From: Escherichia phage Henu7
Sequence record: NC_054894.1
Length of the DNA stretch: 49,526 bases
Direction: 5' to 3' (one strand)
The notes beneath the pieces were generated by a model that was not told the origin of the DNA, ran no database searches, and saw only the letters and a program-made list of their open reading frames with translations. Positions within the stretch are counted from its first letter, which is position 1, and each line of letters opens with the position of its first letter. The translations under genes were made by a program, and so were the position numbers. Positions 16,966-25,141 of the stretch are shown one piece after another.

Positions 16966-17253
16966 AATCGGTAGTTAGATGATTTGGTGATTTTCTGACC
17001 TGCATTTTGATGGTTAGTTTGATGTGCGTCAGCTTTTGACGAGATTTGATGATTGTTGATTAGATTTGATTGAATTTGATTGTGGGAATCATCATGGTCT
17101 GACGATGCCGTTTTTGCGCTCTCGAAAACTCCGTTCTGTTATCTTCTGTTTACACTCGTTTCCTCTTGTTACCGAAAGTACGGTGGCGTAGTTTGTTCGC
17201 GTTTTTCGCGTGGCAGAAACAAAAAAAACTTTTAATCTCCCTATAAACAACTA

Positions 17254-17296
17254 ATAAAATCAATAGTTTATTTTATATATATTATATTTGTTTTCA
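17254..17296. repeat. AT-rich conserved element, copy 1 (second copy at 47770..47815)
   Basis: 17-bp identical core ATAAAATCAATAGTTTA followed by a TTTATAT(A/G)TAT-type tract. Confidence 0.7.
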
Positions 17297-17549
17297 CTAC
17301 GTTATACTTGTTCCATATGGTATGGGGTGGTTATGGGATTTTATTATTGGTGGTATTGGTTAATTTATAGGCATGTTCCGCTCAGGATGTGTGCGATTCA
17401 TCATTTCGTTGTGGTTGCTTTGGGTGACATATACATATCTATTATGGCCTCCGAAAAAACTGTAACACCGGTAACATGGAAAAAACACGTTTTGTGGTTA
17501 AGCAAATCAGCAACTTACGACAAATTTTGTTTTTCGGCTCAAAAAAAAC

Positions 17550-17578
17550 TTGTGGAAACCGATTGTAACATGCATAAT
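17550..17578 (+). promoter_or_regulatory. candidate sigma70-type promoter for rightward early operon
   Basis: TTGTGG, 17-nt spacer, CATAAT, preceded by an A8 tract; followed by CGAAACGAACAAATGGAGG leader and ATG 17611. Confidence 0.4.
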
Positions 17579-17610
17579 GCACCCCGAAACGAACAAATGG
17601 AGGTAAAACG

Positions 17611-18036
17611 ATGTCAGATCAATCATTTGGCGATCAGTTGCGTGCAGCAGCGCGAATGTTGGCGAGTGGTGAGCGTGATGAAATCATCATGACCGACTAC
17701 CAGTTACAGCAAGCGTCCGGCAGGGAGAAAATCAACCCAAGCCATATCCGTACAACTATGGCGCGAGAGGTTCGCACCCTGGGAGCTATCAGCGTGAAGC
17801 GAATCACGGATCCGATGGGGTACGTTTGCACATTCAACCCTGACCCGAAAAAGCGAGCGATTGCCAGCGACGAGCTACCAGCAATCAAGGCGCGTGCGGC
17901 TAACAAGGCACTGAAAGCAATTGCAGACGTGATGCCAAATCTCACAGACCTGGAGGGCGAGCAGTTGCAGGGCGCTATCATTGCAGTGCAGCGCTACCAG
18001 GATTTAATCAAGAAGCAAATCAAAGAGGAGGCTTAA
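17611..18036 (+). CDS. hypothetical early protein
   Basis: RBS AAATGGAGG; first ORF of the rightward early array. Confidence 0.55.
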   Translation: MSDQSFGDQLRAAARMLASGERDEIIMTDYQLQQASGREKINPSHIRTTMAREVRTLGAISVKRITDPMGYVCTFNPDPKKRAIASDELPAIKARAANKALKAIADVMPNLTDLEGEQLQGAIIAVQRYQDLIKKQIKEEA

Positions 18037-18038
18037 TT

Positions 18039-18299
18039 ATGAGCAACGAGAAAATCGATCAGCTTGTGGACGAAATCATTGAGACGCACGACTACGCCGG
18101 ATTCAACTCTATCTTTATGATATACCCTGACGAGTGCGGTGTGACAGAAAGCGAGCTTAAAGAAGCAGTTGAGCAGGTTGAGTCCGTACTCAGAACCGAT
18201 AACCCTGACGACGAAATCTTTTCATCCTTGACCGCTTGCGATGGTGGCGGAGTGTTTGCCCTGTCATTCATCAATGCGAATACGATCTTGACCGTCTGA
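18039..18299 (+). CDS. hypothetical acidic protein
   Basis: Starts 3 nt after upstream stop; acidic composition. Confidence 0.5.
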   Translation: MSNEKIDQLVDEIIETHDYAGFNSIFMIYPDECGVTESELKEAVEQVESVLRTDNPDDEIFSSLTACDGGGVFALSFINANTILTV

Positions 18300-18306
18300 T
18301 AGGTAA

Positions 18307-18325
18307 ATAGCACTTTTTGTTAAAA
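18307..18325 (+). promoter_or_regulatory. palindromic element plus hairpin plus ATAAT
   Basis: ATAGCACTTTTTGTTAAAA, hairpin TGCCCCGCGCGAGTGGGGCA, ATAAT, leader CTCAACGAAACGAA. Confidence 0.45.
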
Positions 18326-18383
18326 CTGCCCCGCGCGAGTGGGGCATAATAGCCTCAACGAAACGAATTGAGGAGATTGCAAA

Positions 18384-18539
18384 ATGGTTACACTGATTAC
18401 CTGGGAGCACGAGAGCAGCTACGCGGTAGTACGCGAGTTTGATTCAGTAGCAGCGTGCTACAGCCTGGCCGCTAACGGCGGTTTCTACAAAGCGCAGATT
18501 GTAAACGAGTTTGGGGTTGTTGATTATGAGTTTCATTAA
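18384..18539 (+). CDS. small hypothetical protein (51 aa)
   Basis: RBS GAGGAG; not in ORF track because of length. Confidence 0.4.
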   Translation: MVTLITWEHESSYAVVREFDSVAACYSLAANGGFYKAQIVNEFGVVDYEFH

Positions 18540-18735
18540 TGCAAGCGATGTTAAGACTGGCGCAGTGTACCGCTCAAAGTACACAGATCGGCTGTGGCGC
18601 TGGGATGGTGAAACCATGTGGACTAAAGGCGCTGGCGATGTGATTTGGCATCAAAGCGGCTGGCCTCACCCAACAATGACGCGCAAGGATATTGCTTATT
18701 ATCTGGCAGTTGGAGAATTCGAGGAGGTTAAATAA
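18526..18735 (+). CDS. hypothetical Trp-rich protein
   Basis: ATG 18526 overlapping the end of the preceding small ORF. Confidence 0.45.
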   Translation: MSFINASDVKTGAVYRSKYTDRLWRWDGETMWTKGAGDVIWHQSGWPHPTMTRKDIAYYLAVGEFEEVK

Positions 18736-18923
18736 TGGTCAAGACAGTACACCCTGACGCGTGCGGCGACGAAATGAGAATCTATGAGAGCCATAACAAG
18801 ATCTATATTGATGGATGCTTTGGCGGCGACAGAATCTCGTGGCGTGGCAGCTATACGCCAAAACAAGCGCGGGAGATTGCAAAGCGACTTAATGACCTGG
18901 CAGACATTATGGATGGCAAATAA
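18735..18923 (+). CDS. hypothetical protein
   Basis: RBS GAGGAGG; ATG overlaps upstream stop. Confidence 0.5.
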   Translation: MVKTVHPDACGDEMRIYESHNKIYIDGCFGGDRISWRGSYTPKQAREIAKRLNDLADIMDGK

Positions 18924-19273
18924 TGCAAATCACCGCACAAGCACGCAACTATGCACTCAAGCACGGCGTGCATATCTACGGCCTGACCAATGAGCAGAGC
19001 CGCGCCCTGGTTTTCTACGATATCGACAGCGGCACAAAGCTATGCACATACAAGAGCTACAGCGATGATAACCCATTGCAGAAGTCGCTCAACTACAAGA
19101 TGAAGCCGGAAACCTGGCAAGCGATGCCGGATTATATCCGCACGGCTCAGGGTGTGCAAAAGGCAATCGAGGCGATGGTTGCAACTGGCACGGCGCGACT
19201 GCTGGACGAGGACGAGCTAGCGGAAGCACGCAACAAGATCCTGGCGCGGTCAACGGGAGTTGAGATCCTATGA
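18923..19273 (+). CDS. hypothetical protein
   Basis: ATG overlaps upstream stop (TAATG). Confidence 0.5.
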   Translation: MQITAQARNYALKHGVHIYGLTNEQSRALVFYDIDSGTKLCTYKSYSDDNPLQKSLNYKMKPETWQAMPDYIRTAQGVQKAIEAMVATGTARLLDEDELAEARNKILARSTGVEIL

Positions 19274-19333
19274 GCAGTTGGCACAATGAGCACGTAATGC
19301 AATTCTACCGCCAAAGGATAAAGAAAATCCTCA

Positions 19334-19352
19334 ATAGCACGAATTGCTAAAA
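19334..19352 (+). promoter_or_regulatory. palindromic element plus hairpin containing TATAGT
   Basis: ATAGCACGAATTGCTAAAA, hairpin GGGGTTGCGC-TATAGT-AACCCC, leader ATCGAAACGAAAC. Confidence 0.45.
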
Positions 19353-19413
19353 CACCAGATCGGGGTTGCGCTATAGTAACCCCATCGAAACGAAACACGC
19401 TGAGGAGCACAAA

Positions 19414-19581
19414 ATGAAATCTCGCAAATACCGCAATATCTTCAACGGCCTGACCTACTGGCTGGAGAACGGAAAAGTTATGGTGCAGAAGAACTACGTG
19501 ATCAGGGAGTCGCTCCTCTCTGGAAGCGAGTTCTTTGTGGCGGTTGCCCGTGACATTCTGGTACTGATTGAGGAGGAATAA
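19414..19581 (+). CDS. hypothetical protein (55 aa)
   Basis: RBS GAGGAG after conserved leader. Confidence 0.45.
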   Translation: MKSRKYRNIFNGLTYWLENGKVMVQKNYVIRESLLSGSEFFVAVARDILVLIEEE

Positions 19582-19584
19582 TAA

Positions 19585-19827
19585 ATGCTGTCAATTCGAA
19601 ATTGGTTTATGCGCCTCATTGGGAAAGAGGTTGGGGCTTTCGGTTATAACATCCCTGCAAACTTCAAGCGTGCTTGCCCTGGCAACTCCAGCGGGGTTTA
19701 TTGGGAAATGCCAGACGGCACATTCTGGTTCACTGTAATTTCTGGAACGTCAATCCAGGTTAGTGAGCGCGGCTATGAGCGCGGAACGTGGCTTACAGCA
19801 ATGCTGGAAGTAGGGGAGGAATTTTAA
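19585..19827 (+). CDS. hypothetical protein
   Basis: RBS GAGGAGG. Confidence 0.5.
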   Translation: MLSIRNWFMRLIGKEVGAFGYNIPANFKRACPGNSSGVYWEMPDGTFWFTVISGTSIQVSERGYERGTWLTAMLEVGEEF

Positions 19828-20360
19828 TGATCAAGTTTGAGATTTGGGGTTATACATACTATCTGCGCGGCACTTACGGCGTTGCAATCGTTGACCTGGA
19901 CGGCACACTGAGCGACGGTTCGCACCGATTGCACCTGCTACCAACAAAGGACTTGCACCTCACCGAAAGCTGGAGCGAGTTTAACAAGGCGGCTATTGAC
20001 GACAAGCCGATCCAGAGCACGATTGATGTTGTGCGTAACCTTTGGCGTGCTGGGATGGGAGTAGTTATCCTGACTGGTCGCAGTGACGAGGTTGAAACAG
20101 ACACTATCCTTTGGCTAGACCGCCACAAGGTGAAATATGACTGGCTTATCATGCGCCGCGCGGAGGACAACCGCAAGGACACCGTTATCAAAGAGGAAGT
20201 GTTGCGTGCAATCGGCCTGCATCATATTACGTGCGCCTTTGATGATTCGCCAAATGTGATCAACCACTTCCGCAGCCTTGGAATCACAACCTATCAGGTG
20301 ACGGAATACGATAAGCCGCATTCTCATTTACAAAGTCACGGCGTGGAGGAGTTGAAATGA
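19827..20360 (+). CDS. HAD-superfamily phosphatase (nucleotidase or polynucleotide 3'-phosphatase-like)
   Basis: HAD motif I IVDLDGTLSDG; downstream ILTGR and FDDSPN resemble HAD motifs II to IV; start ATG 19827 overlaps upstream stop. Confidence 0.6.
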   Translation: MIKFEIWGYTYYLRGTYGVAIVDLDGTLSDGSHRLHLLPTKDLHLTESWSEFNKAAIDDKPIQSTIDVVRNLWRAGMGVVILTGRSDEVETDTILWLDRHKVKYDWLIMRRAEDNRKDTVIKEEVLRAIGLHHITCAFDDSPNVINHFRSLGITTYQVTEYDKPHSHLQSHGVEELK

Positions 20361-20512
20361 TTAGCGCATGGATTTTGGTATCGATCTCATATTACGGTGG
20401 GTTGCAGCCAATCGAATTTACCAGCCACAGTGCTTGCGTGGAGGCGCTAGAGGTTATCAAAAATAATACTCCTGGTAGCTGGTCTAACACTTATGTTTGC
20501 GTGAAGAAGTAA
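20357..20512 (+). CDS. small hypothetical protein with hydrophobic N-terminus (51 aa)
   Basis: ATG overlaps upstream stop (ATGA); N-terminus ISAWILVSISYYGGL. Confidence 0.4.
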   Translation: MISAWILVSISYYGGLQPIEFTSHSACVEALEVIKNNTPGSWSNTYVCVKK

Positions 20513-20524
20513 AGGGGCTGAGCA

Positions 20525-20740
20525 ATGATTATTTCACACAACGTTGAACCAAGCGCAAACACTGCGCGTGATATGATTGCCGGAATGCCGCCAAAATCTC
20601 ACAGAATTGTACGTGTACGCGGTTATAACTTCAACGTAAGCCAAACACTCAAGGAAATTTTAGCCTTGCCAGAGGTCGATACAGCGCTTGTGGGAGTGCA
20701 TACAAATGAGTATGTTTCTTTCCACATTGTGACGAAATAG
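20525..20740 (+). CDS. hypothetical protein
   Basis: RBS AAAGGGG; stop TAG lies inside the next palindromic element. Confidence 0.5.
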   Translation: MIISHNVEPSANTARDMIAGMPPKSHRIVRVRGYNFNVSQTLKEILALPEVDTALVGVHTNEYVSFHIVTK

Positions 20741-20755
20741 CACGAATTGCTAAAA
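20737..20755 (+). promoter_or_regulatory. palindromic element plus TATAAT
   Basis: ATAGCACGAATTGCTAAAA, GC-rich segment, TATAAT, leader CCAACCAACGAGGAG. Confidence 0.45.
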
Positions 20756-20812
20756 CGCGCTCCGACAGGGGCGCTATAATTCACCCATACCAACCAACGA
20801 GGAGCAATAAAA

Positions 20813-21058
20813 ATGGAACAAGTAAAAGTTAAGCTAATTTCCAACGGTGGCTATAATGGTTTGAAACACCTTTCATTCCCAATTGTAGTTGATGGATTTG
20901 TGCATCCGGTTCTTGGTTACGTTGATGTGACAATGCGCGAGCTTGAGCGAGTCGGTTATGACTTTGAAAAGGGGCAGATCGGAGAAATTGCAGACTGCGC
21001 GAAAGATAGTGACTCTCTTACATTCTTCCAGGGTGGCGAGTGCGAGGTGTTGAAATGA
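20813..21058 (+). CDS. hypothetical protein
   Basis: RBS GAGGAG. Confidence 0.5.
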   Translation: MEQVKVKLISNGGYNGLKHLSFPIVVDGFVHPVLGYVDVTMRELERVGYDFEKGQIGEIADCAKDSDSLTFFQGGECEVLK

Positions 21059-21285
21059 AATTCCAGATCTTCAAAGCTATTGACAAAATCGACGGCGAGC
21101 TTTCACTTTTCATGTTCGACGAGGAAAACAACTACACTGTTATTGACTACTCGCCGGAAATGATTGGGCGCATGATTCGTGATATCAAGGCTGGCGGGGG
21201 CTGCCACTGGAGCGATAGCGCAAACGAAACTCCGCGCCGTGACGACATGCTTGATGCAGTTTTAATGTGTGAGTTTGAAGCATGA
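21055..21285 (+). CDS. hypothetical protein
   Basis: ATG overlaps upstream stop (ATGA). Confidence 0.45.
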   Translation: MKFQIFKAIDKIDGELSLFMFDEENNYTVIDYSPEMIGRMIRDIKAGGGCHWSDSANETPRRDDMLDAVLMCEFEA

Positions 21286-21473
21286 AGTGCATCAGGTCAA
21301 CATACGATCTATTCAAGGCGGGTGAAAGTTACCCGCTAATTGAGAAAGGCCAGGCTGGGCGGTTCACGTTGTACGAATACACAGACGCGAAAGGCTGGGT
21401 TTACACGTTCGGCCTCGACGAGAACGGCGAGAACGAAACAGACGGCAATTTCATTAAATTTACAAAGGAGTAA
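21282..21473 (+). CDS. hypothetical protein
   Basis: ATG overlaps upstream stop (ATGA). Confidence 0.45.
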   Translation: MKCIRSTYDLFKAGESYPLIEKGQAGRFTLYEYTDAKGWVYTFGLDENGENETDGNFIKFTKE

Positions 21474-21477
21474 TAAG

Positions 21478-21708
21478 ATGATTGAGATCAAATTCGATGG
21501 CAACTCTAAGCCATTCAACGGCGTACAGATCCACAAAGATGCAACACACGCGGTAGCGGGTCGCAATTTCGGTACTTACTTTAAACTCAATGGCGAATGG
21601 TATTTCACAGTTTTCACTTGTCACGCGCTGAAAGTGGCGGTTATGTCTCATGACTTTGATATCAGCGATCACATCATGGACGGCGCAGAAATCACAGAGT
21701 TTAAATAG
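21478..21708 (+). CDS. hypothetical protein
   Basis: RBS AAAGGAG; stop TAG lies inside the next palindromic element. Confidence 0.5.
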   Translation: MIEIKFDGNSKPFNGVQIHKDATHAVAGRNFGTYFKLNGEWYFTVFTCHALKVAVMSHDFDISDHIMDGAEITEFK

Positions 21709-21723
21709 CACTTTTTGCTAAAG
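21705..21723 (+). promoter_or_regulatory. palindromic element plus hairpin containing TATAGT (module copy A)
   Basis: ATAGCACTTTTTGCTAAAG, hairpin GAGGCCATTGG-TATAGT-GGCCTC, leader TTGAAAGCAACCAA. Confidence 0.45.
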
Positions 21724-21786
21724 ACTTTCCGCGAGGCCATTGGTATAGTGGCCTCATTGAAAGCAACCAATCAAAAGGAAAACGAA

Positions 21787-22122
21787 ATGAAATTAGTTCG
21801 CAATGCGGTGTATGGCCTGGAAACAAGCGGCGGAATGATCCAGGTTTTTCATGTGGCAAACAACGGACACATTCAGATCGCGATGTATCGTGACGCTCGC
21901 GGCGCTTGCCAGCCTGGTTATAGTGGCGAAGTGCGAATGATGTTCAGCATGATTCAGCGGCAAGCTGATCACATCAATAACCACGATCACTGGATCGAAG
22001 ATCTCAAACGCAAAGGTGTGATGATAGCAAGTCACGTTATAGACCCGATGAAGCTCACCTCTCGCGACTATCGCGAAATGGCGAGAAAGGCAGCAAAGAA
22101 ACTGAATATCACGAATTGCTAA
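21787..22122 (+). CDS. hypothetical protein
   Basis: Start ATG 21787 with RBS AAAGGAAAACGAA; the longer track ORF reads through the regulatory unit. Confidence 0.5.
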   Translation: MKLVRNAVYGLETSGGMIQVFHVANNGHIQIAMYRDARGACQPGYSGEVRMMFSMIQRQADHINNHDHWIEDLKRKGVMIASHVIDPMKLTSRDYREMARKAAKKLNITNC

Positions 22123-22124
22123 AG
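22106..22124 (+). promoter_or_regulatory. palindromic element (degenerate left half) plus hairpin containing TATAGT (module copy B)
   Basis: ATATCACGAATTGCTAAAG followed by a near-identical copy of the 21724..21780 module. Confidence 0.4.
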
Positions 22125-22187
22125 ACTTTCCGCGAGGCCATTGCTATAGTGGCCTCATTGAAAGCAACCACGCAAACAGGAGATAAA

Positions 22188-22346
22188 ATGCGTAACTTTG
22201 AGAAAATCCGCACTAACAAAGACCGCCGCGCTGCTGGTGAGATTGTAGATTCACACCGTCGCCGCAAGAAAACACAAAAGCGCGGGAGTGCGGCAAAGCG
22301 CATGGATTTGGAACAGCTTCAAACTAACTACAAGGTAGGTCGATAA
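22188..22346 (+). CDS. small highly basic protein (52 aa)
   Basis: RBS CAGGAG; Arg/Lys-rich sequence KDRRAAGEIVDSHRRRKKTQKRGSAAKR. Confidence 0.45.
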   Translation: MRNFEKIRTNKDRRAAGEIVDSHRRRKKTQKRGSAAKRMDLEQLQTNYKVGR

Positions 22347-22915
22347 TGAAAAAGGTAATTATTCTCAACGCACCGCCAGGCGCTGGCAAGGACACAATCG
22401 GCAGCCTGATCTGCAAGCACGCTCCGCAATACGTTGTTAAGCGCTCATTCAAAGAGCCAATGTTTAAGATCGCAAAGGCTATGTTGGGCGATTATCGTTT
22501 CGGCCTGTTTATGCAAGCGTATGACGACAGGGGGCAGAAAGAAAGAGCGCAATCGTTCCTGAATGGTAAATCACCTCGCCAGTTTATGATCTGGATTAGC
22601 GAGGACGTGATAAAACCTCAGTTTGGGAATCAGTATTTTGGTTCGGTAATGGCTGAGGCGGTGAGAGATAGCCAAGTGCCAGTTGTCATTACTGACGGAG
22701 GTTTTCCAGATGAAGTTAAGCCACTGGTTAGTGCTGGCATTCAGGTAAACATTTGCCGATTGCACCGCACAGGATATGCGTTTGATGGTGACAGCCGCGA
22801 TTATCTAAACCTGGATGGCTACCATCACCGCATTGTTACGCGAGATTACATTCTTGTGCATGGTGATCCAATGCACACGGTAGACCAGATTTGCGAGGAT
22901 ATATTAAGTGATTAG
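22346..22915 (+). CDS. P-loop nucleotide kinase (dNMP-kinase-like)
   Basis: Walker A NAPPGAGKDT, resembling the GxGKDT P-loop of phage deoxynucleoside-monophosphate kinases (from memory; not confirmed by search); ATG overlaps upstream stop. Confidence 0.55.
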   Translation: MKKVIILNAPPGAGKDTIGSLICKHAPQYVVKRSFKEPMFKIAKAMLGDYRFGLFMQAYDDRGQKERAQSFLNGKSPRQFMIWISEDVIKPQFGNQYFGSVMAEAVRDSQVPVVITDGGFPDEVKPLVSAGIQVNICRLHRTGYAFDGDSRDYLNLDGYHHRIVTRDYILVHGDPMHTVDQICEDILSD

Positions 22916-23011
22916 CACACCGAACGATCCAAAAGAGCCGTTTGACTTCCACAAGGCAGCCGTTATCGGCCTTACAATCCTGACTGTCATTTACACTGCA
23001 AGAGGTATTTT

Positions 23012-23209
23012 ATGGCTTCTAACACACTAAAGCGAATCGGCGTTATCATGCTAATTATCGGAGGGTCATTGCTAACAGAGCCAGGTTTTGCAAACACGGC
23101 TGGAGGTATGGCGCTGTTAATAGGCGGTCTTATTGGTGGCTACATGGACGGCGTAAAGGCTGGTCGGCGCGAGGCGTTCGGAGGCGAAGATAAAAATCCG
23201 ATCAAATAG
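23012..23209 (+). CDS. small membrane protein (two predicted transmembrane segments)
   Basis: RBS AAGAGG; hydrophobic stretches IGVIMLIIGGSLL and GMALLIGGLIGGYM. Confidence 0.5.
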   Translation: MASNTLKRIGVIMLIIGGSLLTEPGFANTAGGMALLIGGLIGGYMDGVKAGRREAFGGEDKNPIK

Positions 23210-23224
23210 CACGAATTGCTAAAA
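23206..23224 (+). promoter_or_regulatory. palindromic element plus hairpin (module copy C)
   Basis: ATAGCACGAATTGCTAAAA followed by a sequence related to module copies A and B, with TAAAGT. Confidence 0.4.
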
Positions 23225-23290
23225 CTTCCGCGAGGGCATTTGGTAAAGTGTCCTCATTGAAGCAAAGCAACCAATCAAGGAGATAACGAA

Positions 23291-23569
23291 ATGGCTACTA
23301 TCCGCAAACACCTGGTAAACGCATTCGAGAACGTAGGCGAGCGCTACGGCTGGGATGATGGACTGAAAACACCGTACACGGCACGCCGTCAAGGTTTCAA
23401 CTCACTGCGCGAGTGGGCGCGTTGCATGGCAGCTAACTACATGCCGGAGAACTGGCAACTTATGCCTGACTCGCTGCGCGAAATGATCGAAGAAGCACAG
23501 GCGGCAGGTGTGCCACTCACTCAGCATGATTTTGACGACTACGCAGAGGAAGAAATTTTATGCTGGTGA
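23291..23569 (+). CDS. hypothetical protein
   Basis: RBS AAGGAG. Confidence 0.5.
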   Translation: MATIRKHLVNAFENVGERYGWDDGLKTPYTARRQGFNSLREWARCMAANYMPENWQLMPDSLREMIEEAQAAGVPLTQHDFDDYAEEEILCW

Positions 23570-23754
23570 AAATCCGCACGGATTATGACGACTCGCCGTG
23601 GATAGCGGCTGGTAAGATTTACGAGGCGGTATTGGTCAAAACAGGCCGCTACGCAGGAACGTATAAGTTTATTGGGGAGTTAGGCTCCCCGTGCTACACA
23701 AGACTTGAGCACTCTGTGCATATCAACGGAAAAGATTGGGAGATTGTAGAATGA
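23560..23754 (+). CDS. hypothetical protein
   Basis: Overlaps the upstream ORF by 10 nt. Confidence 0.45.
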   Translation: MLVKIRTDYDDSPWIAAGKIYEAVLVKTGRYAGTYKFIGELGSPCYTRLEHSVHINGKDWEIVE

Positions 23755-24206
23755 AATATTATGTACGCCCTACTGTGGACGGTGAAAACTTTACTGCTGG
23801 CAAGCTCTACGAGATCCAGCGTTGTTTCGGTGGCGGTCGCTTTGTCGTGCTAAACGATGCAAAGGAGGAAATCATTGTGCGGTGCGATGGTATCGCGTCG
23901 GCTCGCCTGAATTGGCGCGGGAGATTTGAGTGTGTGAGCATTCCAAGTGCGCAAGAAGCAGTTGGGTCGGCACAGCAAGCGGCGGCGCAAGCCTTTCGGG
24001 ATATGTGTAAGGGTAGCGGATGGCGCATTGAGAAAGGCGGGGTGTTTATCGCAAGCAGTAGTTTCAAGGCGGCAGATAAAGATCCAAATGTCGAAGTCCT
24101 GGAAAAGCTGCGTGAAATCCTGCGCGTACCGGATGGTGAGAACATCCTGACACATGCGAAAGTTGTGCGCGTGCTGGCTGACGGGTTAATCAACCTCCAA
24201 AAGTAA
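23751..24206 (+). CDS. hypothetical protein
   Basis: ATG 23751 overlaps upstream stop (ATGA). Confidence 0.5.
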   Translation: MKYYVRPTVDGENFTAGKLYEIQRCFGGGRFVVLNDAKEEIIVRCDGIASARLNWRGRFECVSIPSAQEAVGSAQQAAAQAFRDMCKGSGWRIEKGGVFIASSSFKAADKDPNVEVLEKLREILRVPDGENILTHAKVVRVLADGLINLQK

Positions 24207-24207
24207 A

Positions 24208-24226
24208 ATAGCACTTTTTGCTAAAA
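24208..24226 (+). promoter_or_regulatory. palindromic element plus hairpin containing TATAGT
   Basis: ATAGCACTTTTTGCTAAAA, hairpin GGGGTAGGCTGG-TATAGT-TACCCC, leader ATCGAAACGAAAC. Confidence 0.45.
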
Positions 24227-24282
24227 CTCCGATGGGGTAGGCTGGTATAGTTACCCCATCGAAACGAAACGGAGATATCAAA

Positions 24283-24501
24283 ATGTCAGTATTTACAGAA
24301 AGCTACTTTGAAGCCCGTCGCACTTACGGCGCAATCATGGCGGGTTGCCAGTATGAGCTTGTGGCAACCGATGATGGATATGGTCTCGTGATTGACGATT
24401 GCGGCACTTGCTACGAGGTGACTTTCGATAAGTATGATCCAGATGTGGCAATGCTGAAAAATGCACCACTGATTAAATTTGACCGTGTGGAGGAAGAATG
24501 A
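24283..24501 (+). CDS. hypothetical protein
   Basis: RBS ACGGAG after conserved leader. Confidence 0.5.
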   Translation: MSVFTESYFEARRTYGAIMAGCQYELVATDDGYGLVIDDCGTCYEVTFDKYDPDVAMLKNAPLIKFDRVEEE

Positions 24502-24758
24502 TCCAGATTAACCTTTCAGTAGAGCAAGCGCGAAAACTCCTTGAGTCCCTGGGGTGGCGCATCGACATTGGCAACATTTCCGCATGTCACATTGACGCTG
24601 ATGTTGCAAAGGAAATTTTTATGCAGCTTGAGCAAAAGATGATGCCAGCAGGAACCGAACAGGCAAATCTTGCGGCATGGCGTGCAGAAGCTGGTTACAC
24701 TGCAAAAGCTGTCGAGGATTGGAAGCGTAAAAATGAACTTATGGAGGGATTTGAATGA
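24498..24758 (+). CDS. hypothetical protein
   Basis: ATG overlaps upstream stop (ATGA). Confidence 0.5.
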   Translation: MIQINLSVEQARKLLESLGWRIDIGNISACHIDADVAKEIFMQLEQKMMPAGTEQANLAAWRAEAGYTAKAVEDWKRKNELMEGFE

Positions 24759-25075
24759 TTTTCGTACACACATACAAGATCGGAACCAACGAGAACAAGA
24801 AGGAGCGCCGCGCCATTTGGGATACCGAGGAGAAAGCGTTGGCGCAGCAGCGAGTTTTAGGTGGCGTTGTTCAGGCGTTCGAATCGGTGGAGAATCTCGC
24901 AGCAAACGAGTATTACAAAGACGTTATCATTGACGAGGTGGCAACAATAATCGACGAAATGAGCACAGACGCGCCAGGCTCGCCACGAGAGCTTGAGCCA
25001 GGTTCGGCGGCGTGGGATATCTACAAAGTTAAGACGCTGAATAACATTAGCGCTCTACTTGACGAAATTAATTAA
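24755..25075 (+). CDS. hypothetical acidic protein
   Basis: ATG overlaps upstream stop (ATGA). Confidence 0.5.
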   Translation: MIFVHTYKIGTNENKKERRAIWDTEEKALAQQRVLGGVVQAFESVENLAANEYYKDVIIDEVATIIDEMSTDAPGSPRELEPGSAAWDIYKVKTLNNISALLDEIN

Positions 25076-25141
25076 AATTAGATAGTGTTTAAAGCGCCTC
25101 AGAGCGATTATAAGAGGCGCAAAAATTGGAGGTGCGATTGC

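Noticed and set aside
17075-17090. Possible DnaA box (TGTGGGAAT) in the 17-kb control region
   Set aside because: It matches only 5 to 6 of 9 positions of the DnaA consensus; insufficient support.-
17288-17692. 134-aa ORF (MFSLRYTCSIWYGVVMGFYYWWYW...) in the AT-rich control region
   Set aside because: Composition-driven ORF in AT-rich DNA, no RBS, implausible Trp/Tyr-rich sequence; it overlaps the candidate promoter and the start of gene 17611.-
22908-23030. GTG-initiated 40-aa ORF overlapping the end of the kinase gene
   Set aside because: It overlaps the better-supported ORF 23012..23209, which has an AAGAGG RBS and ATG start; the GTG ORF is likely spurious.-
4514-24226. Reading TTGCTA of the palindrome as a sigma70 -35 element paired with the downstream TATAAT/TATAGT
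   Set aside because: Spacing between TTGCTA and the hexamer is consistently about 22 nt, outside the 16 to 19 nt range for sigma70; kept as a promoter/operator-like unit of unknown mechanism.-
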